Shown here in pieces: positions 1-7,722 of a DNA stretch of 18,123 nt (its first letter is position 1; each line of letters starts with the position of its first letter). The translations under genes were made by a program, and so were the position numbers. Where the stretch lies: contig JAWSUI010000066.1 of assembly GCA_033551855.1 (NCBI GenBank), forward strand, positions 1-18,123. The letters run 5' to 3'. The notes under the pieces were generated by a model. The model worked only from the letters and a program-made list of their open reading frames with translations, was not told where the DNA came from and ran no database searches. This DNA comes from Deferrisomatales bacterium. Its GTDB lineage: Bacteria > Desulfobacterota > Deferrisomatia > Deferrisomatales > JACRMM01.

Positions 1-51
1 GGTGTGCGGAAAGGATGACACAGAATGGCTTCTAAGTGAACAGTATTGGGC

Positions 52-654
52 CTAGAGGGATCGGCTTGCGGGGCCCGCCTCGGGGCCGGGGGGAGGAGGA
101 TGGGCCTCCCGCAGGTCCTCCCAGGTCCGCCGCACCCTCTGCAGGCTGTCCTCGCCCCTGTCCGGGCCGACGTCCACCGACGCGAGAGCCTCGGTGAGCG
201 CTCGGTACCTGGCGGCCACGTCCGCCTCCCCCCCCGAGAAGGCGCACGCCGCGCGGAAGAGAGTCCCCCCCAGGGCGGCCACGTCCGCGTCCTCCAGGCG
301 GGGCGGCGCCCCAGCGGCCTCCCCCCGCGCCATGCCCTCCAGCCAATCGGCCAGGCCATCCAGGTCCCTCCGGAGCGCCCGGTGGCGCCACCAGACCCAC
401 AGCGCCAGGGCCACGGCGTAGACTCCGGCAGCCGCCACGACGACCCCCGGCACGGTCCGGGGGAGCACCTGCCAACCGGCTTCGAAGGGTTGGGACGCGG
501 CGCCTCCCCGGACCAGGACCTGCTGGAGGCAGAAGCCGGCCCCCGTCAGAACCGCGGCCAGAGCGAACACCGGCCCGGCCGCCAGGCGGCCTTGCAACCG
601 GGGCTTGATCAGAAACCGGTGACGAGCGGCGAGGGCCGGCCTTCCTGGAGCCAT
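52..654 (-). CDS. Hypothetical membrane protein (two hydrophobic segments followed by a helical, possibly HAMP-like cytoplasmic region)
   Basis: 200-aa ORF with GGAGG about 7 nt upstream of the ATG (CCTCC at 662-666 on +). Basic N-terminus RHRFLIKPRLQGRL, hydrophobic stretches GPVFALAAVLTGAGFCL and VVVAAAGVYAVALALWVWW, then LDGLADWLEGMARGE...EDADVAALG. Confidence 0.6.
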   Translation of the reverse strand: MAPGRPALAARHRFLIKPRLQGRLAAGPVFALAAVLTGAGFCLQQVLVRGGAASQPFEAGWQVLPRTVPGVVVAAAGVYAVALALWVWWRHRALRRDLDGLADWLEGMARGEAAGAPPRLEDADVAALGGTLFRAACAFSGGEADVAARYRALTEALASVDVGPDRGEDSLQRVRRTWEDLREAHPPPPGPEAGPASRSL

Positions 655-958
655 GGCGGAACCTCCGTGGACGCCGCTCGTTTCGTCCGGTTCCGCTGGA
701 TACTTGACCCTGCTCGAACACGGGGATCTTCGGGTTCTGTTGCGACCTGTGGGGGCGGCACCCGCTTCCCCGCCGCCGCTTCGTCATCGTCAGAAGATTG
801 CGGATTGCGTGGCGGGGGGTGCCCCCCGGACCCCGCTTGCCGCGCAGGCGGGAAGTCCCTGCCGACGGGCCCGCTTGCCCCTGCTCGCAGAACGGCTAGA
901 ATCGACAGCACAGAAGCGGCGTCCCGCCGGTCCGGCCCCACCCGAGAGGAGACCCGTC

Positions 959-1741
959 ATGAAGGCACTGCTCGACCACCTGAGCAGCGAGGACAAGATC
1001 CGCATTCTCCAGGGGTTGGAGGGTCTCGCCGACCGCTTGCCGGACCTGGATGGCCCGGACTTCGAGGAAGCCGTCCACGGCATCATCAGCCTCTTCTACC
1101 TCGACCCGATGGACCACCCCGAGCTCGTCCCGGTTCTCGAGCAGGCCGAGCACCTGCTGGCCGACCAGCGCACCCGCGCCATCCCCGCGATTCTCGACGC
1201 CCTCGCCGAGAGCGACCTCAAGGTGCACTTCCACCTGGCCGCGGCCCTGGGGCGCATGGGGCACGCAGCGGTGGAGCCGCTGCTTTGCGCCTACCGCGAA
1301 GCCGAGGAGCCCTACGTGCGGATCTTTGCCCTCTACGCCCTGGGCAAGGTCAAAGACCCCAAGGTGATCCGCGCCGTTCCCGCCCTCTTCGAGGCCCTGG
1401 AGGACCCCCACCCGGAGCTCCGCGACACCGCAGCGCGGGCCCTGGGGAAGCTGGTGGAGCACCTCGACCCGAACGCCATCCCCTACGACCTTCGGCGAGA
1501 GCTGTTTCGCAGGCTCCACGACAAGGTCCGGGACCGGTTCGCGGGAGTCCGGAGCAAGGCCGTCCGAAGCCTGGGAAAGATGGCCCGCTTCGGGTTGCTG
1601 GAGCGCGACGAGGCCGAGGCGGCGACCGTGACCCTGGCCGGGATCCTGGGAGAGGGAGAGGGAGAGAGCTGGGACCTGGCGTACATCGTGAGGCTCGAGG
1701 CCCAGAGGGCCAGGCGACACCTCTCGGTCCCGCCGCGGTGA
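959..1741 (+). CDS. HEAT-repeat (PBS lyase HEAT-like) protein
   Basis: ATG at 959 preceded by GAGGAG (the ORF track's start at 653 is an upstream extension). Repeated HEAT-like units: LAAALGRMG, VRIFALYALGKVKD, LRDTAARALGKL, VRSKAVRSLGKM. Confidence 0.85.
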   Translation: MKALLDHLSSEDKIRILQGLEGLADRLPDLDGPDFEEAVHGIISLFYLDPMDHPELVPVLEQAEHLLADQRTRAIPAILDALAESDLKVHFHLAAALGRMGHAAVEPLLCAYREAEEPYVRIFALYALGKVKDPKVIRAVPALFEALEDPHPELRDTAARALGKLVEHLDPNAIPYDLRRELFRRLHDKVRDRFAGVRSKAVRSLGKMARFGLLERDEAEAATVTLAGILGEGEGESWDLAYIVRLEAQRARRHLSVPPR

Positions 1742-1905
1742 GGCGCCCGCAAGGCACGTCAGGGACTCCCGTCGGCGCGCGCGGCTCCCGGAGAATCAGC
1801 ACGGGAGCGACCACGGCTTCCGGGGCGGAACCCGGGGCCCTCCGTTCCCGCTCGCTGCCGGGACGCGACGCCGCTTCCAGGAACCCGTCCCGCAACGGAT
1901 ACCGA

Positions 1906-1935
1906 TTGACAGGGAAGAGGAACCCCTGGTAACAG
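1906..1935 (+). promoter_or_regulatory. Possible sigma70-type promoter for the cytochrome gene
   Basis: Perfect TTGACA at 1906-1911, 18-nt spacer, weak -10 (TG-G-TAACAG) at 1927-1935. Confidence 0.3.
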
Positions 1936-2051
1936 GATGCTGCGGTCGCCCGCGGGAGCGCAGAGGGGGGCATGGCCCCCGTCGAACGCCTGATGCATGG
2001 CCTTTGGGGCCTGTTTGCAGCACTGCCACACTACGTTAGGGAGGGTTGGAG

Positions 2052-2855
2052 ATGGCGAAGCGTCGAATGGAGTGGATCCGGGCGGCCCTCGTCCCGGCCG
2101 TCGTCTGCGTCGGCTTGGGCTTCGGCATGGGCCTGAAGGCCTCACCCGCGGCAGCGGTGGGCTTGTCGGTCGGCGACTGCGCGAAGTGCCACGAGCGGGA
2201 GCCGGCCGAAATCGCGACGAAGGGCGCGGCCCACCAGTCGGCGATCAACTGCCTGGACTGTCACGAGAGCCACCGGCCCAAGGTGGCCGACAACATTCCC
2301 GAGTGCAGCGCCTGTCACAGCGGACAGCGCCACTACGAGCTCGAGGGGTGCCTGAACTGCCACAATCCCCACGCGCCCCTGGAAATCGCTCTCAAGGGGG
2401 AGCTCACCGACGTCTGCCTGACCTGTCACGAGTCCCAGGGCCAGGAGCTCGCCCAGAATCCCACCGCGCACACGGACGTCTCGTGCAACTTCTGTCACGC
2501 GGAGCGCCACGGCGTGATCCCGGACTGCGTGCAGTGCCACCAGCCCCACTCCGCCGCCATGACCCAGGCGGACTGCGGAACCTGCCACCAGGCCCACATG
2601 CCCATGGCCCTCAACTACGGCCCCCAGACGCCGTCGGTACACTGCGCGGCCTGTCACGACGCAGCCCACGAGCAGCTCCTGGCGAGCCAGGCCAAACACC
2701 GCGATATCTCCTGCGTGGCCTGCCACGAGAACCGGCACCGGTTCGTTCCGCTGTGCACCGACTGCCACGGTACCCCCCATGCCCCGGGGATGCACCAGAA
2801 GTTCCCCCAGTGCGGCGACTGCCACAGCATCGCCCACGACCTGAACAACTGGTAG
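2052..2855 (+). CDS. Periplasmic dodecaheme cytochrome c
   Basis: Twelve CxxCH motifs: CAKCH, CLDCH, CSACH, CLNCH, CLTCH, CNFCH, CVQCH, CGTCH, CAACH, CVACH, CTDCH, CGDCH. N-terminal signal/anchor (KRR, hydrophobic stretch, ASPAAA). AGGGAGGG RBS at 2038-2045 before the ATG at 2052. Confidence 0.95.
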   Translation: MAKRRMEWIRAALVPAVVCVGLGFGMGLKASPAAAVGLSVGDCAKCHEREPAEIATKGAAHQSAINCLDCHESHRPKVADNIPECSACHSGQRHYELEGCLNCHNPHAPLEIALKGELTDVCLTCHESQGQELAQNPTAHTDVSCNFCHAERHGVIPDCVQCHQPHSAAMTQADCGTCHQAHMPMALNYGPQTPSVHCAACHDAAHEQLLASQAKHRDISCVACHENRHRFVPLCTDCHGTPHAPGMHQKFPQCGDCHSIAHDLNNW

Positions 2856-2901
2856 GTCCGACCCTCCTCCCCCCGAGAGCCTGGGACCGCCGAGGTTCTC
2901 C

Positions 2902-2945
2902 AGCCGGCCCGGCCCGGGATCCCCCGGGCCGGGCCGGCTTGTCTT
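2902..2945 (+). terminator. Intrinsic terminator after the cytochrome gene
   Basis: Perfect 17-bp stem AGCCGGCCCGGCCCGGG (2902-2918) / CCCGGGCCGGGCCGGCT (2923-2939), ATCC loop, followed by TGTCTT. Confidence 0.75.
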
Positions 2946-3172
2946 CGGCGCACCCGGGGAATGACCGGGTACTCGTCTCCAGGGACGATCGGGTGGGCCC
3001 GACCACGTAGGCGGACGGCCGCTCGACGGGAGCAGCTGCTTCGGGAGCCCCCATGTCGCGAGGATTCCGGATGCGGCGCGGGAGCGCTCCCACCGTGCAG
3101 CCCGGCATCGTCTGCCGGAGTGGGCGGGCCTACCCGGCCGTTTACCGGAGGAACCTTGTTTTCGGGCGCGAT

Positions 3173-3733
3173 TCAACCCTCCTCGAAGACGAGCGGCAGC
3201 CGGGCGCCCCGTTCCAGGGCTTGGAGGATCCGGTCTCGGACCGCCCCACTGCCCAGGTCCTCCTTGCCCACCACCACCTGGGGGTCGATCCGGAGGACCG
3301 CCGTGACCACAAGCTTCTCAGGGGGGTACGGGGGCAGCACTTCCCCCGGCTGGTACTTCGCCAGAAGGGCGTCGAGGCCTTCCCGGCGCTCGGCGGGATC
3401 CTCCACCAGGGCGGCCCGCCCGAGGAGGACCACGCTGCGATAGAGGTAGGTCGCCCGGCACGGCTGGGTGCGCGCCTTCACGTAGGCGAGGGGCTGATCG
3501 ACCTCGAAGCACACCCGCGGGTCGCGGCGGATGTCCTCGATCTTCTCCCCCTCCCGAGCCGAGTGGACATACACCCGGCCGCGGTGCCAAGCGAAGTTGA
3601 GGGGCTTGATCCTCGGGCTCCCATCGGCGCCCACCGTTCCCAAGCGTCCCACCGGGGCCGCCTGGAGCAGCGCCTCGACGACCTGTGGATCCCGGATCTC
3701 CTTCGCACTCCGGCGCAGGGGGAGAAGTGCCAC
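3173..3733 (-). CDS. Pyridoxamine 5'-phosphate oxidase-like flavin-nucleotide-binding protein (NimA-like family)
   Basis: GTG at 3733 with GGAGG upstream. LRRSAKEIRD...VGRLGTV...PLNFAW...VYVHSAREGEKIEDIRRDPRVCFEVD...YRSVVLLGRA is the typical split-barrel flavin-binding pattern. Confidence 0.85.
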   Translation of the reverse strand: MALLPLRRSAKEIRDPQVVEALLQAAPVGRLGTVGADGSPRIKPLNFAWHRGRVYVHSAREGEKIEDIRRDPRVCFEVDQPLAYVKARTQPCRATYLYRSVVLLGRAALVEDPAERREGLDALLAKYQPGEVLPPYPPEKLVVTAVLRIDPQVVVGKEDLGSGAVRDRILQALERGARLPLVFEEG

Positions 3734-3813
3734 GTCGTGCCTCCGCCTCTGGAAGCGGCCCCGGAGTCCGCCCGTCCACCCCTTCGACGAAACTCCGGGG
3801 CCGGTTCCCCCGT

Positions 3814-4440
3814 CTACCCCGCCCCGGCCTTGAGGCGCCGGGCGATCTCGGCCACGTGGCGGCCCTGGAACCGGGCGATGGCGAGCTCGTTCTCGCTGGG
3901 CTGCCGGGAGCCGTCCCCGCCCGCCAGGGTGGAGGCCCCGTAGGGGGTGCCCCCCGAGATCTCGCCCATCTCCGTGAGGCGCACCTCGGTGTAGGGGACC
4001 CCCACGATGATCATACCCTGGTGGAGGAGGGTGGAGTGGAAGCTGGTGATGGTGGTCTCCTGGCCGCCGTGCTGGGTGGCGGTGGAGGTGAACACGCTCC
4101 CCACCTTGCCCACGAGGGCCCCGCTGCCCCAGAGCCCCCCGGTCTGGTCGAGGAAGTTGCGCATCTGGGCCGCCATGTTCCCGAAGCGGGTGGGGGTGCC
4201 GAAGAGGATGGCGTCCGCCTCGGCCAGTTGGTCCACCTGGGCCACCGGCACGTGGGCGAAGGCCTGCCGGGCGGCCTTGGCGCCGCTCTTCTCGAGGACC
4301 GCCTCGGGGACGAGCTCGGGGACCTGCCACAGGCCCACTTCGCACCCCGGTACTTCCCGCGCGCCGGCCGCCACCGCCTCGGCCATCCGATACACGTGAC
4401 CGTACATGCTGTAGAAGACGACCTGGATCCTCGTGCTCAT
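3814..4440 (-). CDS. wrbA: NAD(P)H:quinone oxidoreductase, type IV (WrbA flavodoxin-like)
   Basis: [72 protein letters not shown]. Confidence 0.97.
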   Translation of the reverse strand: MSTRIQVVFYSMYGHVYRMAEAVAAGAREVPGCEVGLWQVPELVPEAVLEKSGAKAARQAFAHVPVAQVDQLAEADAILFGTPTRFGNMAAQMRNFLDQTGGLWGSGALVGKVGSVFTSTATQHGGQETTITSFHSTLLHQGMIIVGVPYTEVRLTEMGEISGGTPYGASTLAGGDGSRQPSENELAIARFQGRHVAEIARRLKAGAG

Positions 4441-4539
4441 GGGCTCCTCCTCTTCGGCTTCGTGGTCCCTAGGTTTGCGGCCGTCGCCGGGACGGCCGGA
4501 CGGAGCGGCTCCGCCGGAGTTCCCGGGTCACGGCGGCTT

Positions 4540-4572
4540 TTCCCAACGTACCAGACTCTGGTACGTTGGGAA
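4540..4572. promoter_or_regulatory. Perfect 33-bp palindrome in the divergent wrbA / zinc-ribbon intergenic region (candidate operator or REP-like element)
   Basis: TTCCCAACGTACCAGA-C-TCTGGTACGTTGGGAA: 16-bp perfect arms around a 1-nt centre. No U-tract follows on either strand. Confidence 0.6.
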
Positions 4573-4602
4573 GGTGCACCCCATCCCGACTCGGAGGCCC
4601 CC

Positions 4603-4956
4603 GTGAGCGACGCCGCCCTGTCGAGAGGCCTCGCTCGGGTTCGCCGGAGACGGTGGTTCCTCTGGGCGACGATCCTCATCTATCTTCCCTCCATCTGGGC
4701 ATCCCTGCGTCTGACCGGCTCGGACTCCGCGACGGCGGTCGTCTTCGGGGTCTGGTTCGTCGTCCTCCTGGTCGCGAGCTGCGCGGCCAGCTTCGCCCGG
4801 TGCCCGCAGTGCGGCAACTACTTCCACGTCCACGGGTTCGTGCCCGTCTTCGCGCGACGGTGCGTCCACTGCGGGCTCCACGTCACCGCGGACCGCCGGC
4901 CCCGGAGGGGGAAGATCCAGCCGAGCCCTCCCTCCCAGGGGGGTGTCGGCGGGTGA
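4603..4956 (+). CDS. Small membrane protein with a C-terminal zinc-ribbon-like motif
   Basis: GTG at 4603 after GGAGG. Two TM segments (WFLWATILIYLPSIWASL; AVVFGVWFVVLLVASCAASF), then CPQC-x16-CVHC. Confidence 0.75.
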   Translation: MSDAALSRGLARVRRRRWFLWATILIYLPSIWASLRLTGSDSATAVVFGVWFVVLLVASCAASFARCPQCGNYFHVHGFVPVFARRCVHCGLHVTADRRPRRGKIQPSPPSQGGVGG

Positions 4957-5047
4957 GGCCGGGATCCCCGCGAAGGGGGCGGTCGTGCGACAGGGTGTCC
5001 CCGGCCCGCCTCGAGCCAGGCAGGCAGTCCTGGGAGGTCGCCTCTTC

Positions 5048-5077
5048 TTGACAGCCGGATCGGCGTTCGGATAGAAA
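5048..5077 (+). promoter_or_regulatory. Possible sigma70-type promoter of the mrp operon
   Basis: TTGACA at 5048-5053, 18-nt spacer, TAGAAA at 5072-5077, about 130 nt upstream of mrpE. Confidence 0.4.
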
Positions 5078-5206
5078 CGGGCCCACGCCAACCGGGCAGG
5101 GGAGGATGCCTCGACCGGGATCCCACCGGAAGGCGCGTCCCTGCCTGCGCCGCAAGCACCCCCGAACGGCACCGCAACCGCGCGCGCCCCGAGAGGGAGG
5201 AGCCTC

Positions 5207-5797
5207 GTGAACCCGACCCACGGCGGACCTGCTCCGGGCCTCCGCGACCGACGGGTGGTCGCCGGCGCCCAGGCGGCCCTCCTGATGGGGATCTGGCTCC
5301 TCCTGAGCGGGCTCCTCGACGGCTTCCACGTGGGCCTCGGGGTGTTCTCCGTGGTCTTCGTCCTGTGGCTCGACCGCCGACTTCCGCCGATGCAGAGCCC
5401 CGGAAGCCCACCGGCGCCGGACGCCCGGGCCCGGGTGCTCCGGTTCTTGGCGTACCATCTCTGGATGCCGGTGCAGATCCTCATCTCCGCGGTGTACGTT
5501 GCCCGCATCGTCCTGTCGCCCCGTATGGACATCCGGCCCCAGATGGTCCGGTACCGGTCGGCCCAGCCCAACGGATTCGCCAAGATGCTGCTGGGCAACT
5601 CGATCACCCTCACACCCGGGACCCTGACCGTGGACGTGGACGGCGACCGGTTCCTCGTCCACGCGCTGACCGAGGACACCGCCCAGGGACTTCTGGACGG
5701 GACGATGCAGACCAAGGTTGCCCGGCTCTTCCAGGACGAGCCCGGCCCCATGGTCTTCGACGTGACCGTGGATGCCGGGGGGGGCGAGGGGCAATGA
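5207..5797 (+). CDS. mrpE: Na+/H+ antiporter subunit E
   Basis: IWLLLSG, LLGNSITLTPGTLTVDVDGDRFLVHAL (MnhE signature). GGAGGAG RBS before the GTG. Confidence 0.93.
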   Translation: MNPTHGGPAPGLRDRRVVAGAQAALLMGIWLLLSGLLDGFHVGLGVFSVVFVLWLDRRLPPMQSPGSPPAPDARARVLRFLAYHLWMPVQILISAVYVARIVLSPRMDIRPQMVRYRSAQPNGFAKMLLGNSITLTPGTLTVDVDGDRFLVHALTEDTAQGLLDGTMQTKVARLFQDEPGPMVFDVTVDAGGGEGQ

Positions 5798-6063
5798 GCA
5801 CCTTTCTCCTCGTCCTCGCGGGCATGCTGGCGGTGGTCCTCCTGATCCCTTTCTACCGGGTCGTCGAGGGCCCGACGGTCTTCGACCGGCTCCTGGGGGC
5901 CGGTGCCGTCGGGAGCAAGACGATCGTCATCGCGTGCCTCTTCGGGGCGATCTACGGGCGGCTCGACATGTTCATCGACCTCGCCCTGGCCTACGGCGTG
6001 CTGAACTTCGTGGGCCTCATCGCCATCGAGAAGTACTTCTGCAGTCGGGAGAGAAGGGAATGA
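5794..6063 (+). CDS. mrpF: Na+/H+ antiporter subunit F
   Basis: YRVVEGPTVFDRLL...MFIDLALAYGVLNFVG. ATGA overlap with mrpE. Confidence 0.92.
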   Translation: MSTFLLVLAGMLAVVLLIPFYRVVEGPTVFDRLLGAGAVGSKTIVIACLFGAIYGRLDMFIDLALAYGVLNFVGLIAIEKYFCSRERRE

Positions 6064-6389
6064 GCATCCTGCAGAGCGCGCTGGCGGTGGCGCTGCTGTC
6101 CGCGGGGGGCGCCTTCATGCTGGTGGGCTCCATCGGCATCGTGCGGCTCCCGGACTTCTACACCCGGGCTCACGCGGCCAGCAAGATCGACACCATGGGC
6201 ATCATGCTGCTCCTGGCGGGGCTCGCCGTGCACGAGGGGCTGACCCTGAGCACGGGCAAGCTGTTGTTGATCATCGTCTTCGTCGCCGTGGCGAACCCCG
6301 TGGGCGCCCACGCCCTGGCCCGCTCGGCCCTGCACTTCGGCCTCAAGCCCTGGCACACGGGGGACCCGAAGGGAGCGAAGTACGAGTGA
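6060..6389 (+). CDS. mrpG: Na+/H+ antiporter subunit G
   Basis: GSIGIVRLPDFYTRAHAASKIDTMG...NPVGAHALARSA. ATGA overlap with mrpF. Confidence 0.93.
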   Translation: MSILQSALAVALLSAGGAFMLVGSIGIVRLPDFYTRAHAASKIDTMGIMLLLAGLAVHEGLTLSTGKLLLIIVFVAVANPVGAHALARSALHFGLKPWHTGDPKGAKYE

Positions 6390-6631
6390 ACTGGGAAATC
6401 GAGATCCTCTTCTACGTCGTCCTGACCACCGCGGCCCTCGTCGCGCTGCACGTGCGCAACCTCATGGCTGCTGCGGTCACGCTGGCCATCTTCAGCTACG
6501 TGGGAGCGCTGCTCATGATGTCCATGGGCGCGGTGGACGTCGCCTTCACCGAGGCCGTCGTGGGAGCGGGCATCACCGGGGTCTTCTACATCGCGATGAT
6601 CCTCAAGACCTCGCAGCGGAGCTCGGATTGA
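6386..6631 (+). CDS. Mrp small subunit, DUF4040/MbhD-like (corresponds to a C-terminal piece of MrpA)
   Basis: RNLMAAAVTL...MGAVDVAFTEAVVGAGITGV. GTGA overlap with mrpG. Confidence 0.88.
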   Translation: MNWEIEILFYVVLTTAALVALHVRNLMAAAVTLAIFSYVGALLMMSMGAVDVAFTEAVVGAGITGVFYIAMILKTSQRSSD

Positions 6632-6924
6632 AGGCCCTGTACCTCACCGTGGCGGCGGCCCTCGCGGTCCTGCTGCTGTACTCCGTGAACCTCCTTCCGG
6701 CCCGAGGGGACCTGGCCGCCCCCGCCCAGCAGGAGGTGAGCGCGGCCGGCACGCCCGGGGTGGGCACGTACTACATTCGAAACGCCTACCCCCAGGCTGC
6801 GACCCCCAACATGGTCACCGTCGTCCTGGCGGACTACCGGAGCTTCGACACCCTGGGGGAAGCCTTCGTGGTCTTCACCGGGGGCGTTGCCTGCTGGCTC
6901 CTGCTGCGGGGGAGGCGGCCGTGA
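6628..6924 (+). CDS. Mrp small subunit, MbhE-like (MrpA/MrpB fragment)
   Basis: YYIRNAY...TPNMVTVVLADYRSFDTLGEAFVVF signature. TTG start overlapping the previous stop (TTGA). Confidence 0.88.
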   Translation: MKALYLTVAAALAVLLLYSVNLLPARGDLAAPAQQEVSAAGTPGVGTYYIRNAYPQAATPNMVTVVLADYRSFDTLGEAFVVFTGGVACWLLLRGRRP

Positions 6925-7361
6925 AGGCCCCGTCCCAGAGCCCGATCATCGCCGTGGCGTGCCGCCTGATCGCGCCACTGATCCAGATCGTCGCGCTCTA
7001 CGTGCTGTTCCACGGCCACTACAGCCCCGGCGGGGGATTCCAGGGGGGGGTGCTGCTGGCGGCGAGCTTCATCCTCATCCGGATGGCACTGGGGCTCGAC
7101 GCCGGGCAGTTCCAGTTCCCCACCCGCGCGGGGGTCGTGCTGGGAGGCATCGGCGTCCTCTTCTACGCGGGGGTGGGGGCGGTGTCGCTCCTCGCCGGCG
7201 GGAACTACCTCGACTACGGAAGCCTGCCCCTGCCCGGGTTCGAGCCGGGCCCGGCGCGCTCCCTGGGCATCCTCCTCGTGGAGGTCGGGGTCATGCTGGC
7301 GGTGAGCGCCGTCATCACGGTCATCTACGACGACCTGATCGGGAGTGCGGGCGATGCTTGA
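6921..7361 (+). CDS. mrpB: Na+/H+ antiporter subunit B (MnhB domain)
   Basis: LYVLFHGHYSPGGGFQGGVLLAAS...LVEVGV. GTGA overlap. Confidence 0.92.
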   Translation: MKAPSQSPIIAVACRLIAPLIQIVALYVLFHGHYSPGGGFQGGVLLAASFILIRMALGLDAGQFQFPTRAGVVLGGIGVLFYAGVGAVSLLAGGNYLDYGSLPLPGFEPGPARSLGILLVEVGVMLAVSAVITVIYDDLIGSAGDA

Positions 7362-7722
7362 GCACATCGGCGGGCACTACCCCCACTACTTCCTCGCGGC
7401 CCTCATCGTCATCGGCTTCTACGGGATGCTCGCGAAGCGAAACCTCGTGAAGAAGACCGTGGGCATGTCGATCCTCCAGAGCGCGATCATCCTGCTCTGG
7501 ATCGTCGCAGCCTACAAGGACGGGGCCACCGTGCCGGTCTACGACGAAGCGCTCGGGCTGGCCGACCCCTCCCGCTACATGAACCCCCTGCCCCACACGC
7601 TGATGCTCACCGCGATCGTCGTGGCCGTGGTCACCCTCGGGGTCGCTTTCGCTCTCATCATCCGGATCTACCAGGCCTACGGGAGCCTGGACGAGTCCGT
7701 GATCCTGGAACAGATCGAATGA
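7354..7722 (+). CDS. mrpC: Na+/H+ antiporter subunit C
   Basis: RNLVKKTVGMSILQ...NPLPHTLMLTAIVVAV. ATG at 7354 after GGGAG, overlapping the mrpB stop. Confidence 0.93.
   Translation: MLEHIGGHYPHYFLAALIVIGFYGMLAKRNLVKKTVGMSILQSAIILLWIVAAYKDGATVPVYDEALGLADPSRYMNPLPHTLMLTAIVVAVVTLGVAFALIIRIYQAYGSLDESVILEQIE

Noticed and set aside
653..958. 102-codon N-terminal extension of the HEAT-repeat ORF
   Set aside because: Low-complexity translation overlapping the divergent start. A good RBS precedes the ATG at 959.
32..1973. Long alternative ORFs (46..1932 +, 32..787 -, 896..1720 -, 1350..1973 -)
   Set aside because: Arg/Gly/Pro-rich or antisense shadow frames, typical of high-GC DNA, overlapping better-supported genes.
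1997..2025. Possible sigma54 promoter (TGGGGCCTGTTTGCA) before the cytochrome gene
   Set aside because: GG-to-GC spacing from the TGG is 9 nt rather than the required 10, and TGGCAC is absent.
4985..5045. GGGTG...stem...GGTCG pattern loosely recalling a cation riboswitch upstream of mrp
   Set aside because: The 3' conserved part does not match what I recall, and it lies upstream of the candidate promoter.
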